Shown here piece after piece: positions 46,540-60,860 of a DNA stretch of 64,000 bases; the stretch's first letter is position 1; each line of letters starts with the position of its first letter. A program made the position numbers and the translations under genes. Below the pieces are notes generated by a model. That model saw only the letters and a program-made list of their open reading frames with translations, had not been told where the DNA came from and ran no database searches. Source of the stretch: the human T2T-CHM13v2.0 reference genome, Homo sapiens; assembly GCF_009914755.1 (NCBI RefSeq), contig NC_060940.1; one strand, 5' to 3'.

Positions 46540-46850
46540 CCGGGAAGGGGGAATGGGTGGAGGGGGGATGAACAGAGATTGGTCGATGCTTGCAAACATA
46601 CAGTTGGATAAAAGGAATAAGTTCTCATGTTTGATAACAGAGTAGGGTGACTATGGTTAAGAACAATATGTTGTATTTTTCAAAATTGCCAGAAGAGAGG
46701 AAATGTTACCAACACATAGAAAAGATAAATACTCAGGTGATAGATACCCTAAATGCCCTAACTTGATCATCACACATTCTATGCATGTAGCAAAATTTCA
46801 CATGTATCCCATAAATATATACAAATATATCGTATCCAAAAAAATTAAAT
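46540..46850 (+). mobile_element. L1MA 3' end
   Basis: aaacatacagttggataaaaggaataagttc...cttgatcatcacacattctatgcatgtagcaaaatttcacatgtatcccataaat. Confidence 0.85.
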
Positions 46851-47574
46851 AAAGAACCAGACAATGACGTCCTTTTAAGCAGAGGATCCCAAATGATGGC
46901 TGCAAGCTTAAATATTTTATATTAATTTACAAGAAAGCACCAACAGCCTCAACACTATAATCTGAAAGCAGTGTACTTTTACAGGTCAAAGGATCAGGTA
47001 AATCTTTTTTCTTGAATTTTAATGTCAGAGGCTATGGTTTTGACGTTTAGACACAAAACAGATGGCATGCACTTTAAATCAAGCTGACGCCACCTCATTC
47101 TAGAACCTGGCAACAAAGAAATTTCATCCCAGCATTTTTCTGTAAGAAAAAGAATGGAAAACAGACAGAAATTTGCTCTCCCTTCCTAAGCATACGCTTC
47201 ATTACAGGGAAGTTCTCATCAAGGGAAGGAAGATCTCAGAACCAGATCAGGGATCTCTGGAAGAGGCATGTGACAAGCCTGTGAGTTACTAATGTTGGAT
47301 TTTATGATGATGTCCACTCAAAAATCAGAACAAGAGTTATTTTGGAGATAAATATTGACCTGACAACCAAAAACTGTACCACTGTGATGAGCGGACATAG
47401 GATAATACCTTGATCCTGGAGTTAAAACTGAGTTTGAATTCCAAATGCACCAATTACATGACTATGAGCAACTTATTCTTTCTCATTAAGCCTCAGCTTC
47501 CTTATCTGTGTAATGGCAATAATATCTACTTCATAAGGCTCTCATAAAAATTAAATGAGATAAACTGAATATTA

Positions 47575-47895
<321 letters not shown>

Positions 47896-48278
47896 AGAGT
47901 TATTTGTATTACTAAAACTCTAAAAGCCAAAGACAAGACAGCAGAGGCCAAATTGCCCCAGTAGGACATACAAAAAAAAAAGATTGTTTTTGACTCGTAG
48001 TCATCAATAACTTTGTGGGAAGGCAAGAAGTTTGATGGACAAGGCCAGTATTGATTGAGGATTTAAAAAGAAATTTCTGGGGCACCCTGACAGATGTTCT
48101 GTTGTCACCAAAGCTCGAGCTCCCAAGGGCGTCGTCCCCTGGATCCTCATCCTCTACTTGGAGGTAATTACCTGCTGTGCCCCATCCACCCAAAACCGCT
48201 GTGCTCCATGGAAATACTGTTTGTCTTCAGCAAACACCCCCATGTCTTCCATTTCTTCCCTGAACATCTCCTTCAAAG

Positions 48279-48776
48279 TGACAAAGATTTTTCTTATGAC
48301 AACAATTCTCTCCTTGCGACAAATGTTCTCTTCTTGATCAAACTTTAGTCAGGCTTCCAACTAGATCCCACCCTTAAGCATATCCCCCAAGAGCTCAATT
48401 TTAGCAAGAATCCTGCGGAGTCAGTTTAGCCAGAACCCCCTCCCCTCAATATCTGATCACTCTCTATATCTGTTCAGGTTTCTCATCCTCCATCATCGTC
48501 CAGGTGATGTCTGGCCTGCCTTCAGCAGGAAGCCAGTTAGGCAGATTTGGCCAGAATCCCCCATTTACCCTTGAAGTTTCGTTATAGTAATTTTCATCCA
48601 TCAACACCCACCTCACCCTACCCCTCTTGACTATGAATTTCCACTTTTCCTTGTTGTATTTGAAGGTGAGCCTGATCTCTTTCACTTACTACAAAATCCC
48701 AATTGTAGGAGGCCCCTGGAATAAAGTCTTTCGTAGCATATTTAACAAGTATAACGAATAATTTTTTTCTTTAACA
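48279..48776 (+). mobile_element. MER31 (ERV1) solo LTR
   Basis: tgacaaagatt...caaactttagtcaggc...ttttagcaagaatcctg...aataaagtc...ttctttaaca. Confidence 0.82.
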
Positions 48777-48808
48777 CTTGTCTTTAGCAAATCCTGGTTA
48801 TCCTTGAG

Positions 48809-49100
48809 TGTCGTAAGTTGGGTTCCCTGCAGGCAGATGCTGAAATGGAATTTGGTGTGCAGGATATTTATCAGGGATCACAACCCCCGTGTCAGAGGTG
48901 GGAAGAGGCAGAAATGGACAGAAGGAGACGCTGAGCATGCCTTCTGTGTCTTCGAGAGAAGCAGCTCTCCTGCAGCCCTGCAGAAACCAATTGCTGGGGG
49001 TGATCTACTGACAGCACCTCCTGCAGCAAGGCAACAAGTCTTTCCTTGGTGGGGGATGTAGGTGGTACTTCTCTGTGTTCGCCACCCCAGGCACCCCCAA
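48809..49100 (-). mobile_element. LTR16-like (ERVL) LTR
   Basis: tgtcgtaagttgggttccctgcaggcagatgctgaaatggaatttggtgtgcagg. Confidence 0.7.
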
Positions 49101-50699
49101 TTATCCTGCAGCCACTCAGGTGGGGCTTTGCTTTTTCTTCTCACACTGTGCATACTTCAAGGCCTGAAGTGGTGGCCAGTGTGATCCTTGTGTGTCTCTT
49201 GGCCTCTTTCATTCCAATCCTTCTCCTTCCTCCAAGGGCACCAGTGCGATGAAGCTCATGCTGTCATGATCTGATCGTCAGCCAACCCTCCTTAAGTCAT
49301 TTATAGATCCACAGCCACCCCTAAACACCCAGCCCCCAGCTAACTCCCTCCATCACTGATGACTCCAACAGGGTTTACTGTCTTCCTCCCCTCCACATCC
49401 TGTACCTTTCTTGGTAACTTCCACATCCACTGGGTATGACTTCACTATCCATTAACTTGGCCTCTCGGTTGCTCCATCTCCTCACTTCCAATTGTATCGT
49501 TGGACATGGAGCTCAAGCCAGCCTGCCTTTTGCACCTCACCCTATGTTCATTCTTTTATACCTTCTGTTGTTATTGTTAACACCCTACTTGCTACCTTCC
49601 CCCCGACCTTCCTGAATACAAGCTCCATGAGAGCAAGGCCCTTTTCTGTGCAGTTCACTGCCTCAACCCCATTAGAATGTGCTTGCCACACACTAGGCAT
49701 TCTCAATATATGTGTTGAATGAATGAATGAATCACACTCAGCTCTTCTTCTTGGGGTAATGAGAAGAACTGACATGAAATATAAAGTGAATTGTCTTTTC
49801 CCCCCGAGTGAATTGATGTTAGTTAATGATCTGGCTTCTTAAAGCCCTCCTGTAGGCCCACACTCCACATGCTGGAAAACACTGATCTGAGTCAACCCTT
49901 TCCTCCCTGCAGTACAGACACTGAGACCAGAGCAGGGCAGGGACCTGTGTGCGGTCAGGAAAGGAGGCCTCAGCTGAGCCACGGTGAGCCTGCAGGTGTC
50001 CTGACTCCCTGTTCAGCCATCTCCAGAGCCCACTGTCTGCTGCCTCTTATTGTCAAGACAACGGCCATTTCACCAAGTGATGTTGCAAAAAGAGCTGGTC
50101 TTGTGAAGGGCTGGCCTCAAATTCTGGCTTTGCTCCTTATCAGTTGAGTGGCTCTGGGCAGCTGTCCACCCTCAAAAATGAGGACGTTAACCCCTCCTCT
50201 CTGCAGTGTTGGGAAGCTTAACAGATTATGAGTCTCCAGCAGCACTGACATGTCACTGATACTCAATCAATGTATTGAGGTATTCATTCTACATTTAATT
50301 AATTTTAGTGAGCTGCCTTATAGGTGTTGGGTGCTACCCAGGCCCCACTCATTCAGCTCATGGACTAGTTCAAAGGATGGGATGACAGTGAGGCTGGGGA
50401 AGTTTGGGTCACATTTGGATAATGAAGACACTTTGCATTTGCTCAATCAATGGAAGGCAAGCAGATAAAGTGCTGAGTACGAAGAGGAATCATAGAAAAG
50501 TCCTCCACTGTTGGGGTTGGGGGAGCGCTTACCAAATTTACACATGTCCTAGACTCATGAGACACTCCCACCTGTAAGAGAGAAAGCTTAAGAGAGAAAA
50601 TAAAGAGAAAGGAAAGGAAAAGGAGGACGCTGAAACTCTGTGGCTGTGGCCATTGGGGGATGGCACAGAACACATAATAGTGGTGAAGTTTTTCAGAGA

Positions 50700-50945
50700 A
50701 CAAGTTTGGAAGTTGACCGATTCAGGTTCAAATCCTGGCTCTACAACATTCTCACCATGTGATACTTCAGGTGACAAAGTAGTTCTCTCTCAGAGCTTTG
50801 GGTTTCCCACATCTAGAATAAGGATCCTGTAGGACTTTGCTTGTAAACTTGCTGTGAGAAATAAAATGATGCATGAAAATCATCTAGTGCTGGTCCTGGA
50901 ACAGTAAACGCCAATAAACACTTGTTCTTGTTGTTGATGATTATT
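50700..50945 (+). mobile_element. MIR SINE
   Basis: ggttcaaatcctggctctac...catgtgatacttcagg...aaataaatgatgcatgaaa. Confidence 0.75.
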
Positions 50946-51104
50946 GTCATTGGAATACCACTTTCTTTCATCAAGCTCAGGTTGGGGACAGAGTCAGTCA
51001 CAGACTTGTCAGCAAGTCAGTTCTCCGCTCCAGACACTTGAAATCCTCCTCTTCTTCCTCTCCTTCACTGCTCACCCTCTTACTCAAATCACTGATAGAC
51101 TCTG

Positions 51105-51387
51105 GTTTTGTTTTGTTTCGTTGTTTTTTAAGAGACAGAGTCTCACTCTGCTCCCCAGGCTGGAATGCAGTAGTGCAACAATAGCTCATTGCAGTCTTGA
51201 ACTCCCAGGCTCAAATGATTTTCCCGCCTCAGCCTCCTGTCACCTGAGTAGCTGGGACTACAGGTTTGCGCCACCATGCCTGGCTAATTTTTTTATTGTT
51301 GTTGTAGAGACAGTGTCTCACTATGTTGCCCAGCCTGGCCTTGAACTTCCAGCCTACAGTGATCCTCCTGCCTTGGCCTCCCAAAGC
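51105..51387 (-). mobile_element. AluJ
   Basis: atagctcattgcagtcttgaactcccaggctcaa. Confidence 0.88.
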
Positions 51388-51609
51388 ATAGACCGTGGCT
51401 TTAATGATCTCTAAAAAAGGACACAGTGTTTTGGTCACTGAGCTGGACCAGGAATCAAAGATTAGAAAGGGAGTCCTGGCTCTTTTGCTTATTGGACATC
51501 GAGGCTCAGGCAAACACATTTTCTCTCTGATCCTCAGTTTCCTCCTCCGCAGAATGAAGGTAACGATCATCCTTGGGAGGAAGTGATGTGTGTCCCTAAC
51601 AGAACAAAG

Positions 51610-52025
51610 GCTCTGGAGTCACACAGATCTTGTTTGTGGCTCTGATGAGCAGCACCCTGATGACCTTGGGAAATGGGCACCTTTTTCCATACCTCAGTTT
51701 TCTCATCTGTAAAACAGAAATAATGGTAACTCTCTCTCAGGTAATTGTGAAGATTAATTGAGCTAGCTAACATTTTTTGAATACTTATTATATGCCAGAT
51801 GTGCTTCTAAGAGCTTTACAAGTGTAAAGGCATTTACATATGAGAAACTGAGGCCAAGAGAGTTTAAGTGACTTGCCCAAGGTCACCCAGCTAGGGTTCA
51901 ACTCCCAACCATCTGGATCCAGAGCCTGAGTGCACATTCTCTTGCTGGCTTCCATGGTGCCTGCCAGGCCCTTAGGACAGTGTCTAGCACATAATACACA
52001 TTCAATAAACCATGGCTGTTATTAG
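51610..52025. mobile_element. Plus-strand MIR with a minus-strand MIR (about 51765-51935) inserted in it
   Basis: cctcagttttctcatctgtaaa...[gaaactgaggccaagagagtttaagtgacttgcccaaggtcac]...acagtgtctagcacataa. Confidence 0.65.
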
Positions 52026-52144
52026 TACTTCACAGTTTCTGTGAAGGTAAATGAAAGATATACTTTAAAATACTAGGAAAATTGTAGATAGAATATAAAC
52101 AGAGGTCAGCAATGCAAATAATAGAATTATACTCAGGACACTTG

Positions 52145-52555
52145 AGAGACAAGGTTTCACCATGTTGGTCAGACTGGTCTCAAACTCCTGACCTCGTGAT
52201 CTGCCCACCTCGGCCTCCCAAAATGCTGGGATTACAGGCGTGAGCCACTGCGCCCAGCCTCATGTGTGTATTTTGATTTTTGTTTTTTTGGTTTTTGTTT
52301 TTGAGACAGGGTCTCTGTCTGTGACCCAGGCTGGAGTGCAGTGGCACAATCATGGCTTGCTGCAGCCTTGACCTCCTGGGCTCAAGCGATCCTCCTGCCT
52401 CAACCTCTCTAGTAACTGGGACCATAGGCGCATGCTACCATGCTTGGCTGATTTTTAAATTTTTTGTAGAGAAGAGAGGTGGGGGTTCTCCCTATGTTGC
52501 CGAGGCTGGTCTCAAACTCCTGGGCTCAAGTGATCCTCCCACTACAGCCTTCCAA
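52145..52555 (-). mobile_element. AluS left-arm fragment (52145-52259) adjacent to an AluJ (about 52270-52555)
   Basis: ctcctgacctcgtgatctgccc...cgcccagcc followed by gagacagggtctc...gcagccttgacctcctgggctcaagcg. Confidence 0.88.
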
Positions 52556-53114
52556 TAAAGCATGTATTTTAAATAAAGTTCCTTGACACTCAGAATGTAA
52601 GAAGTAATACAATGAAAAAATATATATATTAACTTGGGAGTCAGAATAAAACAACAGCTAAGACAATTGCCTCCTCCTGAGTGTTTGTCCTATGATTGGA
52701 AGTAGCTAAGTGTCTGGTGTGTATAATATCACTCACTCTTCACACCAAGCCTGTGCAATAAGATTATTCCCATTTTGTAGATGAAGAGGCTCAAAGAGGT
52801 TAAGTAACATTCTTAAGGCCACACAGCTGAATAGCCAGAGAACCAGAACTCAAGCCCAGATCGGAAGCTCCTGCTCCTAACCCCTTCCTCTGGCTACCTC
52901 CAAGTTCTGAAGACAGCTTTGCTCCTTCCCAGCGAAGCAGGCAGAGTAATTCAAGTTCTTGCTCTAGCTCAAGGTAATTTTAAGAGAAAGCAAGTACTAA
53001 TGGACTAATGGACGTCTTTGTCAACACCAAAGCACTCCCTGTTATCATTTTCCCTTCCTTTGTTCCCATCACTTTATTTCTTTCCAACTTAAAAGGGCAG
53101 GCCTGTGCCTCTCA

Positions 53115-53158
53115 ACACACACACATACACACACACAGATATATACACACACACACAA
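53115..53158. repeat. Interrupted (CA)n microsatellite
   Basis: read directly. Confidence 0.85.
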
Positions 53159-53909
53159 CCTTCAGTGTTGTTTGACAAGCAGAGGTGGTTGAAAACAATG
53201 GAACAGAGAGTAAATCAATATGTAGATAGGTGGGTTTTTGTGTGTGTTTTTTTTTTTTTTCCAAGCTTGCACTTCAAAGTCGCTTTGGCCAATTGTCAAA
53301 ATGTCCACTGTGGGTTTTCTCTTCCCTTTTCTCTCCTGCCTCCTTCTCAGCTTCCTCACATTTCATGGTGTGCACTCTGTTTGTGTTGGCCCTGCTACTG
53401 AGGAGGGAGAAATCCATCGGTTTCATTAGCTCTTTGAAAAACGAGGTGGGACCGTGTTGTAGAGGTGATGAGGTCACCAAGAGTCATTTATCATTTTCGA
53501 TGAGGCATAATGAACTCCTCGAAGCTGAACTCTAATTTAATTGTCTTCTACTTAATTGAGAAGAAGGAAGCCAGTTCCAAGGTTCTGACTGGAGGTGTTT
53601 TTATTGAAACATAGACAGTTCTTATTTGTAACTCTGTAGGTGACAGAAAAACTGCTTCTGGTTAAACTGTCTCACTTTCTTTCATTCAACACAGTCTTTA
53701 TTTTGTGCCTCATGGAGTCTAGATTTTTTTCTCCAAACTGATTAACTCCTTTCAAGAAATGGGACCACTGTTCACCAACTTGCTCAGACCAAAAAGGAAG
53801 GAGTCAACCTTAATTCCTTGAACCCCAAAGCCTCATCAGTGAATCCATCAGCAGATCACATCAGCTCCACGAAAGCTGACTGTTTCTTACCACCCCTGGA
53901 GATACCCCC

Positions 53910-54273
53910 TGATATGGTTTGGCTGTGCCCCCACCCACATCTCATCTTGAATCGTAGCTCCCATAATCCCCACATGTCGTGGGAGGGACCCAGTGGAAGG
54001 TAATTGAATCATGGGGTTAGCTCTTTCCCCTGTTGTTCTCATAATAGTAATAAGTCTCATGAGATCTGATGTTTTCATAAAGGGCAGTTCCCCTGCACAT
54101 GCTCTCTTGTCTGCCACCTTATAAGACGTGCCTTTGCTCCTCTTTTGCCTTCTGCCATGATTGTGGGACCTCCCCAGCCATGTAGAACTGTGAGTCCGTT
54201 AAACCTCTTTTTCTTTATAACTTACCCAGTCTCGGGTATGTTTTTATTACCAGCATGAGAACAGACAAATACA
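53910..54273 (+). mobile_element. THE1 (MaLR, C/D-like) solo LTR inserted in L2
   Basis: tgatatggtttggctgtg...gagaacagacaaataca; 5-bp flanks ccccc/ccacc. Confidence 0.92.
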
Positions 54274-54419
54274 CCACCCTTGGTTCAAGCCACCGCCATC
54301 ATTCATCTGAATACCTACCAAGCCTTGCCAATGTTCTCTTTGCTTCTACTCTTTACCCCTCCAAAGTTCTTTGTCCATCCAGCAGGCCAAGGATAGAAAA
54401 TCACAATCAGATGATACCA

Positions 54420-54922
54420 CTTGAATTATTTATTGCTGCAGAACAAATTACTCCAAAATTTAGCAGCTTAAGACAAAAAAAAAATAGTATCTCACATAGT
54501 TTCTGAAGACCAGGAACTTGAGTAGCTTAGTTAGGTGGTTCTGATTTCAGGTGTCTCCTGAGGTTGCAGTCAAAATGTTAGCTGAAGCTGCAATCATTTG
54601 AAGCCTCAACTGAGGCAGGAAGATCCATTTCCAAGGTGGCTCACTCACACGACTGTTGGCAGGAGGCCTGAGTTCCTCACCAAACAGACCCCTTCTAAAG
54701 CTGCTTGAATGTCTTCATGGCACAGCAACTGTCTTCTTCCAGAATGAATGAATGAGAGAGAGCAAGACAGAAGCCCAGCATCTTTTACAGCTTCGCCTCC
54801 GAAGTCACTTGCTGCTTTTTCCACAATAGTCTGTTAATTACAGGTTAGTCTTATTCAATGTGGGAGAGTCTGAATAATAGGAAGCAAAGATTCTTGGCGG
54901 CCACCTTGAACACTGGCTATCA
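54420..54922 (-). mobile_element. MLT1 (F/G/H-like) LTR inserted in L2
   Basis: tattgctgcagaacaaattactccaaaatttagcagcttaa...aagatccatttccaaggtggctcactcacac. Confidence 0.8.
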
Positions 54923-55380
54923 GATGACTCCTTTGCTAAAACCTTCCAATGGCTTCTTACTGAAATTGGAATAAAATTCCAACTCATTGTTAAGGTTTAA
55001 CAAGCCTGGTGCAATCTGAGCTCTGCTTACCTCCCCAAATTCACTAAGCTCCAGCTGGTGTGGCCTTCCTTCTATGCCTCAAGCGTAGTCTTCCCTCCTC
55101 AGGGCCTTCTCACTTGTAGTTCCCTCTGTCTGGAATGTTATTCTTCCAGACTTTCACATGGCTGATTCTCTGTCACTCAGGTCTAGAGGCAAGTGTCACC
55201 TCCTGAGAAGCCTTCCCATCAACCCTATCTACAGGAATCATCCTCCCTTTCCCATTCCCCACACTGAGGGTTCGATAAGGAAATTAACAAAATGTCTTAT
55301 AATGCAATGACATATAATAACTACCTGTCAAATTTGGTTGAAAACTTATCCTTTTCTAATAATTTAATTGGAATGTACTC

Positions 55381-55674
<294 letters not shown>

Positions 55675-55970
55675 TGGAATGTGTTTCTTTAGGTAGAGAT
55701 CATATGCTCGGGTAACCTCCCCTATACCTACTTACCACTTACTGTGCCCGGCAATGCATCAGGTACTAGGCTAAGCACTTCATAAAGTGCATCTCAGGCA
55801 ATTCTCACAACAGAAATCTCTATGAATAGAAAGTCCTGTAGCCACTTCACAAATGAAGGAACTGAGGCTTACCTAGAATTCTACAACAATTAAAACATAA
55901 GCCGGAATTCAAACCCTGCTTTAACTGCAACGTCTGAACTCTTAACACTACATTATACTACCTTTTTAAT

Positions 55971-56583
55971 TTTTTTTAACTTTTATTTTAGGTTCAGGGG
56001 TACATGTGTAGGTTTGTTATATAAGTAAACTGTGTGTTACGGGGGCTTGGTGTGCAAATTATTTCATCACCCAGGTAATAAGCATAGTACTTGATAGGTA
56101 GTTTTTGGATCCTTACCCTCCTCCCACCCTCCATGCTCAAGTAGGCCCCGGTGTCTGTTGTTTTCCTCTTTGTGTCCATGTATACTTAATGTTTAGCTAC
56201 CATTTATAAGTAAGAATATATGGTATTTGAATTTCTATTCCTGTGTTAATTTTCTTAGGATAATGACCTCCAGTTCCATCCATGTTGCTGCAAAGGACAT
56301 GATCTCATTCTTTTTATGGCTGCATAGTATCCCATGGTGTATATGAACCACATTTTCTTTATCCAATCCATTATTGATGGGCATTTAGGTTGGTTCCATG
56401 TCTTTGCTGTTGTGAATAGTGTTGCAATGAACATACACATGCATGTGTGTTTAGGGCAAAACAATTTATATTCCTTTAGTTATATACCCAATAATGCAAT
56501 TGCTGGGTTGAATAGTAGCTGTGGTTTGAAAATCACCAAGCTGCTTTCCATATTGGTTCAACTAATTTGCATTCTTACCAGAA
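55971..56583 (-). mobile_element. L1PA (old PA15/16-like) 3' end
   Basis: ggttcaggggtacatgtgtaggtttgttat...; TSD tatactacctt[t/c]ttt at about 55954 and 56584. Confidence 0.9.
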
Positions 56584-57758
56584 TATACTACCTTCTTTAA
56601 TGTTTACAAAGGCATTGTTGGTAGTCTATAGAAATCCAGTGCATTTATTTAAATAATATTAATATATGAGTATTTCTTATCTTAACAAACAATACTAATT
56701 CAACACCTGCTATGCATCTAGCACTGCAGTAGTTGCTATGGGGATCCTGAAAAGCGTGACACCATTCTAGCCCTCCAGAAGCTTGCAATTATATGTTGGC
56801 TTGAGAGGCTAACCAAAACCAAGTAATTTCCCCAATACTGTATTTAGAGAAAAGAGAACATCATTGACATTGGTAGATCAGGGTGGGGAGGGGCATTTGA
56901 GGTCAGAGAGGAAATAGAGTTTGAATCAAGCTTTAAAGAATAAGCAGAATTTTACAGCCGCAGAGGGAAGGAAGGAGGTATTGTAAGCAGAAGAAATGGC
57001 ACCTGCGAACATGAGGCAGAAAAAGTCAGAAAATAGTGAGATAACCAGTTTGAATGAAACTGAGGCCATATGCATGAATGCAAATGGTGTAAAAACATAA
57101 AATATAAAAAGAAAATGGTGTATGACGTAATTAACTGATTTACATGGAAGGTGTCAATAAATATTTGTTGAGTGAGACATGATAAGAACTAGTCCTGTTC
57201 CCAAGGAAATACAACTGGATAATTATCCTTCTACCCTATCTGCCTGCTTTTAAGTAACCTAAATGTAAAATCAAGAAAATTGAGTAGTCATATGTTTTCA
57301 ATCAACCATGTGTTTTGGATCATATAAATAAGGTATCCAGGTACTTTAGAATTTTCTTTTTTAGCATAGTTCAAGAGAACTAAATCCCTCCTACATGCTC
57401 AAAACTATGAACAGAGTCCAACAGAGCTGGTTTCTAAACCTGGCTCAGCCATTTACTGGTTGAATGACCTAACCAAGGTAAATAGCTTTTCTAAGCTCAC
57501 CTGTAAAATATGGACAATAGTCCCATTTTTACTGGGCATCTGTGGGGATTACTTTAGATAATATCCATGTTTTATAGGATTTATTTTATAGATTTATCTC
57601 CCTAACCTTGACCTTTCATTCTCTAAGGTAGATTGTCAGATTGAGATAGGAGGGAGGGAAGGGCAACCTCATAAACCGCATTGTGGTAGCATCAGTGATT
57701 TTGGCAGCCCAGAGTACCAGAATAGCCTCCTTTCCTGGGCTCTGCTCCACACCCCTAT

Positions 57759-58138
<380 letters not shown>

Positions 58139-59109
58139 TAAACTAAGTTAGGCCAATGACAGGGCCCAATCTCTTTGCCATTGCCACCATACCAGAGACA
58201 AACCCCTGACACAAAATGGGCCAATCAAAGCTCTTCCTTAGAATTTTTGAACCTAAAACCATGGAGACTGATAGTTTCACATCCTCTCCTCTGATAGCCC
58301 CTCTCCTATGGAAGTAGTTTGACAATAAAGAAAATCCGAATTTTCATGTCGAGGTAGCAGCAAAGACTAAGAGAGACCACCCAAGAAGCATTTTGGTTCC
58401 TAGTTCCATCTATGCCAAGGATCCAGCTACCCTGCCTCCCTCATGTATAATCTCATAAACTTCCCCTTCTGCCTAAACAGATTTGAGTTGGATTTTTGTC
58501 ACTCAAAACCTAAAGTGCCCAACACCAAAAAGAATAAAGAAATGAATTTGTCATGTTTGAAGAACAATGAAAAGACCAACTTCTCTGGAATAACAGATTT
58601 ATTTTAAGGAATTGTTAGATCAGAGCTGAATTAGGAAGGGTGTGAATACCAGGCAATGGGGAGTTACTGAGGCTTTTGAGCATGAAACAACATGGTGAAA
58701 GCAGTCACTTAGAAAGAGTAAGGAGAGGCAATCTATGATGAATAACAGAAGGTAGAGCTAGAAGCAGGAAGACCATTTGGGAGGCTGTTGACATGGAACA
58801 GGGTAGATATCATTACACCAAACTTCAGTTAGCAATGGGGAGTCAGGGGGCTTCACCTGTTGACACATGAGCACTGAAGGAACCTCCCGGACCTTCAGCA
58901 TTCCACTTGACAATGGCTTCATTAGGAAAAGCTCTATCCACAGTCACACCAATAACTAGATGTGTAATTAACTTGCTTTCCCACACCATCCCCCTAAGGG
59001 GTGGCAGTAAGGATGGCTGAAAATATAAGGACTCAATATCATAGTAAATGTTTTCACTGATGTGTCTTTCTCCAATGGGTGCCACACTGACAGCATGGCT
59101 AAATGAGGC

Positions 59110-59182
59110 TTAATTTGACAATCCCAACAATCCATTGTTAATGATGTGCCATCATTGTGATTTGCATTTGGTAAATGCAATT
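59110..59182. promoter_or_regulatory. Candidate SOX/POU motif cluster (possible enhancer core)
   Basis: AACAATccATTGTT, CATTGTG immediately followed by ATTTGCAT, and ttgcattt-ggt-aaatgcaa, in non-repetitive sequence; motif evidence only. Confidence 0.4.
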
Positions 59183-60355
59183 TTTTGGCTGTTTCCCCTT
59201 GCTGCCTCCTCTGGGTTCCTGGACCCCTGTGTTCTTTGGCGGGCAAGTTTCCTTTTCAACATCACAAATACCATCTCTGCTATTGGGACACAACAGTTAA
59301 ATAATGTGAAATTGCACTGATGCCAGTGAAATAAAAGTGAGTTTTACAAAACCAAGTTCCTTCCCTGAACATAATAACAGTAAATTTCTAGGGTCCTATA
59401 GTGTAATATCCATTAGATTTATTATGTTGCAATTCCCAGTCCCACTAGTTCTGCCTGAGGGTGAGTATATTACATTTCATCACAGTTTCATTTTCTCCTA
59501 CAGATGAGAAATGGGAATGCGATTGCAGTTATGTAGCATGCATGTGTTAAATCTGATCTCTAATAAAATCAAACACATCACAACTCAAAGCACTTTAGCA
59601 CAGTGTCGGCAAAATGAAACACCATCTGTCATCATGTAGAGATTGCCTTATTATAAAACAAAATCAAACTGCTCAGTGTGAACATTGTTACTTAATAAAT
59701 GGGTAAATGAAAACTGATAATTATGATCTTATTTATTTTAAATGATTACTTAAAGCCTCCAAAAGCACAACATAATTTGTCAATTAGACACTCTGGACCT
59801 CATAACAGCGTATAGAGCAAACACCCCTCAGAAAAAATGGTAAACAGACTTGAAAGAAACAAAGCGGGGGGATTAAGAGGAACTTTTAAACTGCCAGAAG
59901 TGCAGATGAGGAAGAGAGCTCGAGGCTTGAGAAATCATGGTCAGTTCTGATTCAATGTTTGCAGCTTTGACACCAAAATTACCCAATATTTTCACTTGGA
60001 AAGAAATCAACAGTTTCCAGTGTGCTGGAAGATGCAGTGACAGGCTGGAGGCACCAAGGAAAGCTGGTGGCACTGCCTAGGTCCCTGTGAGGTACACCTC
60101 AAGCCGGGACATTGCTTCCAACTCTTGAGGGCAGGTTTTTGACTTGGTTTTAGTCTTTCATTTAAACAGAACACCATTCATCTAGAGTTAGTCCTTTCTG
60201 AAAATGGATATTAAAGTAGATAGAAAATACACTATTTGGGAGAGAGGAGTGCAAAAGTTGAAGCAAAGATAAAGGCAGTGACTATTGTGAGTCCACCATA
60301 AGATGGAGGAGTGCTTTGCTCTTTCCTGGGGGAAAAAAAATGGAAACATTGAAAT

Positions 60356-60860
60356 CAGTGATTCCCAACCTTTTTGACACCAGGGACCAGTTTTATGAAA
60401 GACAGTTTTTTCACAGACCAGGGAGGGGCAGGGGAGATGGTTTCAGGATGATTCAAGCCTATTACATTTATTGTGCACTTTATTTCTATTACTATTACAT
60501 TGTGATATATAATGAAATACTTATATGACTCACCATAATGTAGAATCAGTGGCAGCCCTGAGCTTGTTTTCCTGCAACTAGACATCCCATCTGGGGGCAA
60601 TGGGAGATAGGGACAGATCATCAGGCATTAGATTCTCATAAGGAGCAAACAACCTAGATCTTTCGCATGTTCACAGTAGGGTTCACGCTCCTATGAGAAT
60701 ATAATGCCACCGCTGATCTGACAGGAGGCAGAGCTGAGGCAGGTGGTAATGTGAGTGATGAGGAATGGCTATAAATACAGATGAACCTTTGCTCACCTGC
60801 CACTCACCTCCTGCTTTGTGGTCCAGTACCAGTCCGTGGCCCAGGAGTTCAGGACCCCCG
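60356..60860 (+). mobile_element. MER1A hAT-Charlie element
   Basis: cccaacctttttgacaccagggaccagtttt...tcaggcattagattctcataaggagc...ccaggagttcaggacccc. Confidence 0.88.
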
